Below, in pieces: positions 1 to 9,975 of a stretch of 64,000 nt of DNA; position 1 is the first letter of the stretch, and every line of letters begins with the position of its first letter. The stretch covers positions 186,001 through 250,000 of the forward strand of contig MU008207.1 of the NCBI GenBank assembly GCA_010909165.1, in the 5' to 3' direction. Below the pieces are notes generated by a model. That model was not told the origin of the DNA. It saw only the letters and a program-made list of their open reading frames with translations, and did no database searches. The position numbers and the translations under genes are program-made. The DNA is from Anthoceros angustus (lineage: Eukaryota; Plantae; Anthocerotophyta).

Positions 1-1005
1 GATTTTATCATGCCTTTGCCACCTAGCAATGAATGTCCAACTATCATGACAGTGGTGGATAAATTCACCAAACATGCATATTTCATACCTACGAAGAAGT
101 GAATGACAGCTTCTAAGGTAGCCAGTTTGTTAAAGAAGTATGTATATAAGTACCATGGTTTGCCTATACAAATTATGAGTGTTAGGGATCCGAGGTTCAC
201 AGGAGAATTCTGGCAGCATTTGATGAAAATATTGAGCGTAGAACTATGTATGCGCACAATTTATCATATAGATATAGATGGCACAACAAAACGAGTCAAC
301 TAAATCCAAGAAGAATACTTAAGACATTATATGCAGATTGATCAGAGAGATTCGACTAATCATCTAGATGATGCGGAATTTTGTTACAATAATATTGCAC
401 ATACCTCTTTGGGTTGTAGCCCTTTTGAGATGGGAGGAAATTTAGTGTTGGATGTGGTATCCATCCTAAATGCTGAAGCTTTCGACACTACCACAAGAGA
501 TCCACGCCAATTTACTGAGGAGTTGAAGGCTAAGCATGAGATTGCCAAAGGAATTTTAGCCAAGGCTGAAGCATGTCGGAAGAAATATGCTGACAAGCAC
601 AGGAGAGAAACTGTCTTCAACGTTGGGGATAAGGGATGGATAAAGTTGAAAATTTTCAAACTACCACGAGGATTATGTCTGAAGCTAAGGCCGAGATATG
701 GAGGTCCTTTTGTAGTTTTGGAGCGTATTGGGGAAGTGGTTTACAAGCAACAACTGCCTGAATGGATTTTTGCGCACAATGTGTTCTACGTTTCACTACT
801 AAAACCATTTGTGCCAAGCAAGGAGAAAGAGGACATGGACAATAAAACGTGCCAGCATAATCAAGGATTGCGGGAAATTGAGGAATTGCTTGCAAAGAGT
901 AGCGTGCCTACGAAACATAAAATCATGCCACATTACATGGTAAAATTGCATGGGATCTCACGTCCAGTTTGGGTGACATTCGAGTATATTCGGAAAGGAT
1001 CCTGA
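1..1005 (+). mobile_element. Ty3/Gypsy (chromovirus-like) pol 3' end: integrase core, GPY/F motif and chromodomain, interrupted by a stop at 301-303
   Basis: ORFs 103-303 and 331-1005 contain integrase motifs (SVRDPRFTGEFWQHL, EFCYNN..HTSLGCSPFE), the GPY/F module KLRPRYGGPFVVLERIGEVVYK.QLP...AHNVFYVSLLKPF and a chromodomain-like tail (IEELLAK...HYMVKLHG...VWV). Confidence 0.88.
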
Positions 1006-1053
1006 ATGATCGCTCGATACATGGCTATCACTGAGGACAGTGATCCTTTTTCC

Positions 1054-1066
1054 AGGTAAGGGAGAA
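1054..1066 (+). other. Polypurine tract preceding the 3' LTR
   Basis: AGGTAAGGGAGAA lies directly before the LTR start AGTAAGGAGCC, shortly after the pol stop codon. Confidence 0.6.
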
Positions 1067-1824
1067 AGTAAGGAGCCATGCATGAGAGGCATGCAACCCT
1101 AGATCTAGTTTAGTAAGTTATGTGGTTAATGGTAGTGAGGCTTAGCTTAGGGCTTAAGGAAGGCAGTCTGCTTTATGCAGTTACTTGAGGAATGAAGGAA
1201 GCCTCCATATAAACAGGGGTGAGGTGAGCTCTAGAGGTGAGATCATAACAGTGATCCTAGCAGTGATCCTAGCAATGATCCTAGCAGTGATCCTAGCAGT
1301 GATCCTAACAGTGATCCTAGCATTGAGGCCACACTCTTTTGAGGATAGGCTGTGGGAGCCTAGAGATTGTGGGAGCCTAGAGTGTGAGTGTATCTAGAGG
1401 ATGAGGTGAGCTTTAGAGGTGAGATCCTAGTAGTGATCCTAGCATTGAGGCCACACTCTTTCGAGGATAGGCTGTGGGAGCCTAGAGGTCGTGGGAGCCT
1501 AGAGGTCGTTGGAGCCTAGAGTGTGAGTATGTCTAGAGGAGAGCTCTAAGGAGGAGATCGAGGAGAGAGAGTTATATTTCTAGCTTAGGCAAATATGAGG
1601 AGCTCTCTCTCATCTCCCATGATTCTCGCTAAAGTAAAGAATAGCTGAAATAAAGAGTGCTAACTCTTCCCGACTCTAGCTGAAGTCAGCTAGAAGTAAA
1701 GAGCAGCAACAAAGGTGCTAACTTCGAATCATCCTGTGGAAAGATCGGGCTACTTGGAGGCCTAGTGCTGCTGTGAAGGAAAAGGAAGACGACCCTTCGG
1801 GCCCCTCCTCTTGGGCATGTCACT
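1067..1824 (+). mobile_element. 3' LTR of the Gypsy element, termini AGTAAG...TGTCACT
   Basis: Colinear similarity over its whole length to the TSD-flanked solo LTR at 33554-34212 (reverse strand), which fixes both ends. Contains a TATA-like TATAAA and an AATAAA. Confidence 0.78.
1250..1321. repeat. 12-bp tandem repeat (AGTGATCCTAGC) x6 inside the LTR
   Basis: Six consecutive near-identical units read directly. The 'VILAVILA' ORF is a by-product. Confidence 0.9.
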
Positions 1825-1962
1825 GGAGCGTTTTGCTTGGGAAGATCCCACATCCGGTCTGATTGAGGATGTGTGCCACGTCCAGTCCGATCGTCATTCG
1901 CAACAGCGCACGGGTTGTGGGTCAACTGGAACCATATGCGCAGATGCATGCATTAACGTATT

Positions 1963-4629
1963 TCAGTGACGATCTCCACATGAACAAACGCCATCCGAAA
2001 AGCGGTGCACTCGGTGTGCGTCTCTGACTATAATATGTCGCTGCTCAAGGCGGGACATGACCTTGGTGCTACTATGGCAGTCATTGCACATTCGAAGATT
2101 TTTATTGACCAGCAGAGGTGTGCCATGCGGAGTGTTGAGCAGACCGTAGGCCAAGGCAAGTTTCTCGGCGTGGCCGCACAGAGTATCTTCCTTCTCCTGC
2201 TCAGACACTGCCCTGAGAACCAACTCAGTTCGCGGCACATGCCCTCCTTCTTCCTTCAGCCTTAAGTTGACGCTCCTGGCCTTGGCCGAGATGTCAGTCC
2301 TCTCCTCTCCCACCGTGAACTCATGCACCCTGTTGTGCACTTCGATGCATGCCTTGGCCGGCTTCTTCCAGGCACCAGCAGCCTTTCTCAGCGCTTCTAT
2401 TCTGTCTACCTCAGCCCATCTTCCGGCACTTGCGTAGATGCTGCCCAACAAGACATAGGCAGAGGCACTCTCAGGTTCCAGTTCAACAACACGGTCGAAA
2501 CACCGCCTTCCCCGCTCTACATCACCGTGACCTTTGCAGGCGGTCAGCAGAGATGTCCAGCCCACCACGTCTTCCCCACCCGGCATACTCTGCAGCATAC
2601 TTTCTGCCTCATCCAGATGGCCCGAGCGGCCAAGGAGATCAATCATGCAGCTATAGTGGGAAGCAGTGGGCACGATGCCATGCTTCTCCACCATGCTGCT
2701 GAAATACTGCTTGCCCTGGAGCACTAGACCTGCATGACTGCACGCCACAAGAAGACAGAGGTATGTGGTGTCGTTAGGTGGACAGCCTTGTTGGCACATC
2801 TCCTCAAAATACTGCACCGCTCTTTCACCATCGCTGTGCTGAGCGCAGCCATTGAGCAGAGCGTTCCACGTAACCACATCCCTGTTGGGCAACATGTCGA
2901 ACACCTGCCGAGCATCCTCCAAGCTCCCGCATTTGGCATACGTGTCCACAAGGCCACTGCCAATAAACACATCGGCTTCCAGCCCTTGTTCCCTGATGCG
3001 GGCATGGAGCTCCTTGGCCTGCTGCACGGCTCCAGCATTGGCACATGCATGAAGGAGGCACATGTATGAAACACGATTGGGTGAACACGTGCCCTCTTCC
3101 ACCATGCTCTCATACAGAGCAAGAGCTTCTCCCCCAAACCCCTGCTGCGAGTATCCTGCCATGATGGTGTTCCATGTCACAATGTCCCTGGCAGGCAAGC
3201 CGTCAAAAACCCTGCGAGCATCATCCAGGCCCCCACACTTGGCATACATGTCCACAAGAGCATTACCCACCGACAGGTCATCTTGTAGGCCTGTGTCACG
3301 AATCTGTGCGTGCAACTGCTGCCCCTGAAGAAGATCTCCGGCACTGGCACATGCTTGAAGGAGGCACACAAAGGTGACAGGGTTAGCCGGGGGGGACATG
3401 GTGCGGTACAGAGCAAGAGCTTCGTGGCCAAGGCCATGCTGTGCATATCCTGAAAGCATGGCCGTCCATGTCACCACATCTCTGGAAGGCAATGCGTCGA
3501 ACACCTTCCGGGCATCCTCCAAGCTGCTGCACTTGGCATACATGTTCACCAGGCTGCTGCCCACGGAGACATCCCACTCCAGCCCTCTTTCACGTACCTG
3601 TGCATGCAGCAGCTTCCCCTGATGCAGCGCACTGGCCCCCACAGCCGCACACGCTTTCAACAGGCACACGAACGAAACCGAGTCTGCCAGCAGCCCTGCT
3701 TCTCCTTGCTGCTGCACACCCTGTGCGTACAGAGCGAGCGCCTCTCGACCCAATCCCTGTTGCACATACGCAGCGATCATGGCAGTCCATGTCACCTTGC
3801 TTCTGCTTCCAGTGGGCAGACTGTCAAACACATTCCGGGCGTCGTCGAGGCTCCCGCACTTGGCATACATGTGCAACAAGCTGTTGGCCACGAAAGTGTT
3901 GGGCCTCACCGAGCTTGCCAGAATGTGCCCATGGACATCCTTCCCTGCCTCCAGATCCCCGGCTGCCGCACACGCCTTCAGGACAGCCACGAAGATGTGG
4001 TTGTCTGGCCTGGCACCGGACTCCCGCATCCGCCGATACAAGCAGACGGCCTGAGCAGGGTGCCCGTTGTGGGCATGCGCCAGGATGATGGAGGACCACA
4101 TGTGGGCGGTGGGAGCCGGCACCTTGCTGAAGACCCCGACCGCCTCCTCCAATTTGCCATGCCCGGCATACATGCCGATGATGTGGGTGGCCAAGAATGC
4201 ATCGGACTCGAACCCGCTTCTCACAGCCAGGGAGTGAAGGCGCCGGCCGGAGGCCAAATCACGTCCTGCGATGCATCTCTTGAGGACGCGGAACAGTAGG
4301 GAGGTGGTGATGTCACACCCCTGTTGCACCAGCCCATGCAGAGCTTCCACGGCCTCGCTCACCTCACACCTCTCCAGCAGCAGCATGGGATCCGTGACAT
4401 TCCCCCACATCTCTTGTTTCCTCCACCCAACATGTTCCTCCACCTCCACCACTCTGGAGGCCGCTGTTGCCGGCCATGAACGGCTCCAAGACACGAATCC
4501 CAGCTGCTGCTGCCTACAATGTCTGTCCTCTCTGTTTGGCAACACCCTTCGAAAGACAGCACTTGGCGACTCTAAACTGCTGGCCACCGCTGGCTGCCCG
4601 ACGACGGAGCTTTGCAGATGCAACGCCAT
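1963..4629 (-). CDS. PLS-class PPR protein with E1/E2 and intact DYW:KP domain ending DRH (candidate U-to-C organellar editing factor)
   Basis: Single-exon ORF (longest form to 4692; ATG at 4629, MALHLQ, is the likelier start). P-L-S repeats, KP box WKKPAKACIEV, HAEKLALAYG, KNLRMCNDCH, terminal CSCGDRH*. Confidence 0.95.
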   Translation of the reverse strand: MALHLQSSVVGQPAVASSLESPSAVFRRVLPNREDRHCRQQQLGFVSWSRSWPATAASRVVEVEEHVGWRKQEMWGNVTDPMLLLERCEVSEAVEALHGLVQQGCDITTSLLFRVLKRCIAGRDLASGRRLHSLAVRSGFESDAFLATHIIGMYAGHGKLEEAVGVFSKVPAPTAHMWSSIILAHAHNGHPAQAVCLYRRMRESGARPDNHIFVAVLKACAAAGDLEAGKDVHGHILASSVRPNTFVANSLLHMYAKCGSLDDARNVFDSLPTGSRSKVTWTAMIAAYVQQGLGREALALYAQGVQQQGEAGLLADSVSFVCLLKACAAVGASALHQGKLLHAQVRERGLEWDVSVGSSLVNMYAKCSSLEDARKVFDALPSRDVVTWTAMLSGYAQHGLGHEALALYRTMSPPANPVTFVCLLQACASAGDLLQGQQLHAQIRDTGLQDDLSVGNALVDMYAKCGGLDDARRVFDGLPARDIVTWNTIMAGYSQQGFGGEALALYESMVEEGTCSPNRVSYMCLLHACANAGAVQQAKELHARIREQGLEADVFIGSGLVDTYAKCGSLEDARQVFDMLPNRDVVTWNALLNGCAQHSDGERAVQYFEEMCQQGCPPNDTTYLCLLVACSHAGLVLQGKQYFSSMVEKHGIVPTASHYSCMIDLLGRSGHLDEAESMLQSMPGGEDVVGWTSLLTACKGHGDVERGRRCFDRVVELEPESASAYVLLGSIYASAGRWAEVDRIEALRKAAGAWKKPAKACIEVHNRVHEFTVGEERTDISAKARSVNLRLKEEGGHVPRTELVLRAVSEQEKEDTLCGHAEKLALAYGLLNTPHGTPLLVNKNLRMCNDCHSSTKVMSRLEQRHIIVRDAHRVHRFSDGVCSCGDRH

Positions 4630-6365
4630 GCGCCTGCCTCGGCCTCCGCCTTTGGCTTCGGCTTCGGCTTCGGCTTCGAAAGCGTGGATCAATGAGGGTT
4701 GTCCAGGGACATATCATGCTGCCATGCAGCGAACGCTCTCCCTTCCTCCCAAAGCAACTGCACACAAATCGCGCGCGGGTTCCTTCAAGCTTGGTTCCTC
4801 CAGATTACCTCCATTCCTGATTTTGCCGTTTTCTTTCCTGATGAAATGTCCATGGACCTTTATGTGGATCAATGAGGGTTGTGCATCGAGCGTGCCGCAA
4901 GTTTGCGAAACTCAGAGCATCATTGGAGCGGGCAACGAGAGTCCGACAACTATACATACATATGTTGTTTATGAGTGAACGCGCTGCTTCAAGATTAGAC
5001 TTTCACCAAAATCACTACATATGTATATTTATGGGCAAAATAAGATAGTGAATTGTCGGTTGCTGTTATTTTATATCAAGGGTCCGTTATAAAATGGATT
5101 CCACATCCTTTTACTTTGGATTTGTTGCTGGGATTGGTGAATGATGGATAGCTTCCGCGAGCTACATACAATGTGCACATGTGGTTAGTTGGCCATGCGC
5201 TAGTCAGACATAAACACACAGGTTAGGCAATAGGAGACTCATCCTAGGATTTCCCCCTCTCATAATTTGTAACGTCATTGCCCAACATGCTCAGATAACA
5301 ACATTCAAGAAAGGGGCAGGGGGGGGCGGGAGTAAATTTATGATGTGTAGAGTCACGTTGTTGAGCAACCCTAAAATGTTCCTCATTTTCAGAGCTTCAT
5401 CCTCGGACATCTTCAACCACTGCCAGTAGTTATCACACTCCTCATACCACTTTCAGTAGATCGAATCCTTCTTCAAGCGCCACATAAAGGCTCAATCAAA
5501 GTAAACTAGTTTACATACTCTCTAAACCTCCCAGACTCCCTCAACATAATCAATCATGGAATCAAATCAGCATGGTTGGTAGGACTCAGAGTATCAAAAC
5601 AGGTGCCATCGATTTATCTTAAAGTCTTCTAGACTAGCCCTAATTTGGTGTAACCAGATATGGGTTTGGATGCATCGTGGCTAACTCTTTTGACAAGCTT
5701 GAGTCCACTCAAACCTATATAGGCTCTTAGAATCATAGTAAGGGGCCTATACAGAGGTTCAAAATTTTCAATGAGGCACCAACCATGATGCCTATCGCAA
5801 TAGCCTAGCCACATTGCACCTCCTTTTAGTTCTTGGACTCAAATGTGAGGATCATACTGGGATAGCAAGTGTCTATGAGCCATGACAAGATGGTGGAGAG
5901 TGAAAGCACAAAGACTGCTAGCATACTTGGAAAGGATGTTAGCTCTATAGATTTCTATGTAGTAACCTTTAACATATTAAACTTAGAGGTTGACTCAAAT
6001 AACAGCTAAGGGTTACATTTCTTAGATGCCTCGGGAGCACCAAATTTGCTCAAAGGAAAATATGCGAATCAAGAATGATGTCTTTTTAGATGAGAGACAC
6101 TCAAAATCTCACATGTAACAGTCAGTGAATAATAAATATAAAAAATGATAGACGTAAACAGTATAAATAAAATATAGTAAATAGGTAAGAAGTATGCATT
6201 CTAATGGAGGACTTGCTTGACCAAGTAGGGCCCAAGTTGCCACCTTGGCTTTAGCCTTGCTCTGACCTCCTTCTTCATTTGGCTCCCTCCTCCTTCATCT
6301 AACGCCGCATGTTAAGTTTGAGCACCTAGTTTGCTAGTGGCAACTCAAAATCCAACCTACTCTCA

Positions 6366-6653
6366 TCAAAGGCATTGTTTAATATGATTTTTCTTCTTCC
6401 ACATGTGCGCATGCTCCGCTGTCAGGCCTTGCACTTCTTCAAGTTTGCATAGCTGAATAAATCTTTCCTCGGGTGTAGTGTCTTCATCTAGCCTTGATGT
6501 AATTCCAAAGCCCAGTGTGGCTGCGTCGTCTTGTGTTGGCACTCTTGCCTCCACTCCATACACCATCTTAAAAGGTGGTTCATGGCCTATAGTGCCCCAA
6601 ACAAATGTTAAGAATGAGGCACGACTATTTTTTAAAGAACACATACTTTTCAT
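6366..6653 (-). mobile_element. Degenerate LTR-retrotransposon integrase fragment (Tat/Athila-like)
   Basis: PPFKMVYGVEARVP resembles the integrase TPF.LVYG.EA..P motif, followed by R..QL.KLEE. Weak pol-like traces continue towards ~5600. Confidence 0.5.
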
Positions 6654-6869
6654 ACTACCTACAACTGTTTGGAGAGACTCCTTGTTTTACTCAAACACTA
6701 GCTCTTATGGACAGCCAAACTAGCTTACTACTAAATGGTACAAAAAATGACCAACATTCTCGCCAGATAGAGCAAGGAGGGCTTGGGTTCTACCCAATTG
6801 GTAGTGTAGTTCTCGTGGATATTTTTAAAAAAGGTGGGCCAAATTTATCCTAACACACGAAGGTGGCAG

Positions 6870-7190
6870 AGAGCGGCAGCGAAGCTATGGCTTTTGTTTT
6901 TGAAAGTGCGGCAGTGAGTTGTGGCTCTTGTTTTCGAAAGTGCGGCAGCGAGCTATGGCTTCTGTTTTCGAAAGTGCGGCATAGAGTTATGGCTCCTGTT
7001 TTCGAACGTGCGGCGTGACTTTGGCTCTGTTTTTGAGCGTCGCGAGCGAGCTCTGTTTTCGAAAGTGCGGCATAGAGTTATGGCTCCTGTTTTTGAGCGT
7101 CGTGACTTTGGCTCTGTTTTTGAGCGTCGGCCGAGCTTTGGCTCTGTTTTGAAAGTCTTGACGAGCTATAGCTCTGTTTTGAAAGTGCGG
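6870..7190. repeat. Degenerate minisatellite, core GGCTCTGTTTT(C)GAAAGTGCGGCA / GAGCGTCG
   Basis: Repeated GGCTCTGTTTT core with variable unit lengths and no unique spacers. Confidence 0.8.
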
Positions 7191-8099
7191 CATGCATTGT
7201 ACGTCGCAAGCAAGCAAGACGTAGGTTGCAATATAGCCCATGCGTGTTTGAACTTTACGACTAAATACACAGCATACTATTGGAAGATGTTTTAGTCGAA
7301 TACCATTATTTAAGATGTATTGGCTGCCCATTATGAAGGATGGAAAATAAATCCAATTGAATGCATTCTTGATGACAAATATGTGGGAGGCTTGCACAAA
7401 CTCGAAAGACGTTCTGGTTGGCGACCACTTGCGTACTAGGAACACCCTTTTTAATATTATTCTATTATAGGGCATCCAAGGAAATCACTTGATTTCAATG
7501 CCTTCTCGGCAAGTTGGGGCTGGTAGGAATCAAATTCATTGAGAATTGAGTACTAGACCGAGAAGCCTTTCCCCATCCAACATAAAGCACAATAAACACA
7601 ATAACACAATGAGGCCCCAAAAGGAGAACAAGTTAGGACACCCTCTCAAAGAGTCGGGGAGAAAACATAGCTCGGAACGACAAATTGGTACACCATACTC
7701 GATTATCCCATAGCAAGAGATTAAATTGAGTTCAACTGGGTGAATTTAAATCGAATTCAAATTTGAGCTACGTGGGGTGTAAGTCGAAATCAAACTCAAA
7801 CTCAAATTTGAGTCCTAGTCCAGAGTCTCGATCGAGCTCAATCTCATTTCGAATAGGTAGACTTTCATGACTTTCACCTTATCAGCTATGAATGTTGGAA
7901 AATCTCAAACAAACCTCAGCTAGAGGATTTTAAATATGAGAGAAAAGAAGACTTTATTATAAAAAAGAGATAGGAAAAACCCATCCACCCGAAAAAAAAA
8001 GGGGGAAAAACCCAAAGAAGGGCACCATGCCAGGGGGACTAGCCCGCACGATCACGCATTTCAAAACTACCAACCATCCGAAGAACTTCGTGGTTAGGG

Positions 8100-9253
8100 A
8101 TGTGAAAAGGCCTACTTACCACCGGTGTCGAAGAAGCTGCATCTCCCGCGCTCGTTGTCGCCCTGTACACTGCATTGGCCAACGTCCTCTACAGAGCGAT
8201 GGAAACCCTATGCCGGAAGAAAGCAACAATACAAGAAAGGGGGAGGCCAACCCCATTCTTGCAGCTATGATAAGCCTTGGCGCAGGCCTTGACGAACCTA
8301 GAGAAATCCTTGCCATGGCTCCGTGAGTCTCAATGGCAAAGGGGACGAAGGCGTGGCCGTCCTGCATAGGAGAATACTTGTGGATCTTAGCCGTCGCGCA
8401 TCCCTCCGTTGCCCAACCTGGAGGGTTAAGAGTAACATGTTCGCAGACACTGTCCTGGGTGGGATTGGTGACAACCACATCAGTAACCGAAACCTTATCC
8501 CCCGGGTCAAAAATAGATTTGCCCTAAGCAAAACCCCATTGAGCAGCGTGTAAGGGCGCTCCCTAAATGGAAGGAACCAGCCTTCCCTAGGAATATAGAA
8601 CATGACGTCCCGGACGGCGTCATGCGTAGCGATACGTTGCCCACCCGCGGGATAGCGAGCCATGTGCGTCCCAAAGTCATCGAGAGGGGCCCCGCAGCTG
8701 CAAGTTGAAAGAGAGCAAACCAGAGGATGGACCAAGCCTAGGCGAAAATGCATCGCGGTGGAAAAAGTTGCTGTGTGATGCGGAACGCCTGAATACTGGG
8801 TCGAGCCAGAAGCCAGGAACCTGTTTCCTTCCCCGAGCAAGAGCGGAGACGAGGCCTAGTGGGCCTAGGAGTGGAGGAATCCCGGAGGAGGGCCAATTGC
8901 GCCTGCCTGTACTGTTTCTCCAGGAGAGACGCTTGAAGTCCCCGGAGCCCAACCTCGGGAAGAGAGGAAAAAGACGGCAGGGCAGCCCTCGCCTCGGAGG
9001 ATAAATAGTCCCTAGCTAATCTTAGCGAGGCCTGCATGGGAAAAGTCCCCTCCTCAACGCCCGTGACAAAAGTCTCTAGGATATGTGAATGCCCAATCAA
9101 GAAACGGGAGGACAAGAAGGGGGCAAAGAGAGCCCAGCTCCCTAAGAAAGCCGCTAGCGCGGAGGCCTCTGTGGCCAGCAAACCAGTGCCCCCAAAGCGG
9201 CGGAAAAGCGGCTGCGCCAGCAAGATCCCGCCGCTGGAAGGTGCCTGGGCCAA
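8100..9253 (-). mobile_element. 3' part of an RLE-type (CRE/R2-like) non-LTR retrotransposon: post-RT region, zinc-knuckle region and restriction-like endonuclease, frameshifted
   Basis: Consecutive minus-strand frames give RLRSCSG..GSWLLARPS, F.TAM.FRLGL, CSCGAPLDDFGTH...THDAVRDV, VVTNPT and K..KY...FVPFAIETHG, in the order typical of RLE LINE C-termini. Confidence 0.72.
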
Positions 9254-9728
9254 TGATGTCGCCTAAAACCTGCATAAACCTCTTGTTGAAATTCAATGTT
9301 AGAACTTGAATTGAATTTTAAACATTAAAACTTGAATCTCCAATTGTGTGGCATACATATGTTTGTACCACATCCGTTGGGTAATGTTTGGCATTCGTAT
9401 CCTGAAGAGAAGAAACTTAGTCTACAGCCTAAAGCAACCCAGGTGGTTTTGCACTAGGTGGCTATCTCGTGTTCATGGGCGCCTGAAAGAGAAGGGCAAG
9501 AGCACCAGGGTGACCGCCCCAGTCATTTCTGCCGTATTTTTCTCTGGGAGTCTTTACGTCGAGTATGTGTTTGTGGGGTGCACCTAATCTGGTGAGAAGA
9601 TTAGGGTTTAGCGTTAACGCATCACGTTATATCATTGAACTATCTGCTGCTGGTATGCACTTCATGTGCCCTTTAGTGGTTATTCCCCACCACAAACGGT
9701 GTAGATGGACTTCCCATCTCTGCATTTT

Positions 9729-9975
9729 TTATAAAGTCTGCATGTCGCCCTCCACGTTGTGGCAATCAAAAGAGACCCGCAAATTTTTCACAAAGAATAT
9801 GGGGGTCGCCTCGGGTGTGCTCTTGAGGGCACATGCGATAGCCACTTGTTCCCTGTGCCCGCACAAATAATCGCCCTTTCTATCGTCAGATGTGTCCGCC
9901 TTCGAAGAGTCAAAATGTGGAACATCTCCTTCTGTCTTCGTTTCGAAGATCACCTGCTTCAGACTAGCTTGACGC
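9729..9975 (-). pseudogene. Eroded DYW domain in a shifted frame behind the WW-box gene
   Basis: LCGHREQVAIACALKSTPEATPIFFVKNLRVSFDCHN aligns to [33 protein letters not shown]. The first Cys of CxxC is lost, there is no DYW tail, and it is out of frame with ORF 9964-13503. Confidence 0.8.

Noticed and set aside
4630-4692. Upstream start MIHAFEAEAEAEAKGGG for the DRH gene
   Set aside because: It is a TTG/near-cognate start running through a (GCCGAA)n microsatellite; ATG 4629 gives a more plausible transit peptide.
5560-5830. RT/RNase H remnant (DASKP...)
   Set aside because: Similarity is too weak to call by eye; only the integrase-like piece at 6366-6653 was kept.
6870-7190. Repeat/spacer-like array and its ORFs (6921-7295, 6987-7475)
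   Set aside because: Inter-core sequences are variants of each other; the ORFs merely translate the repeat.
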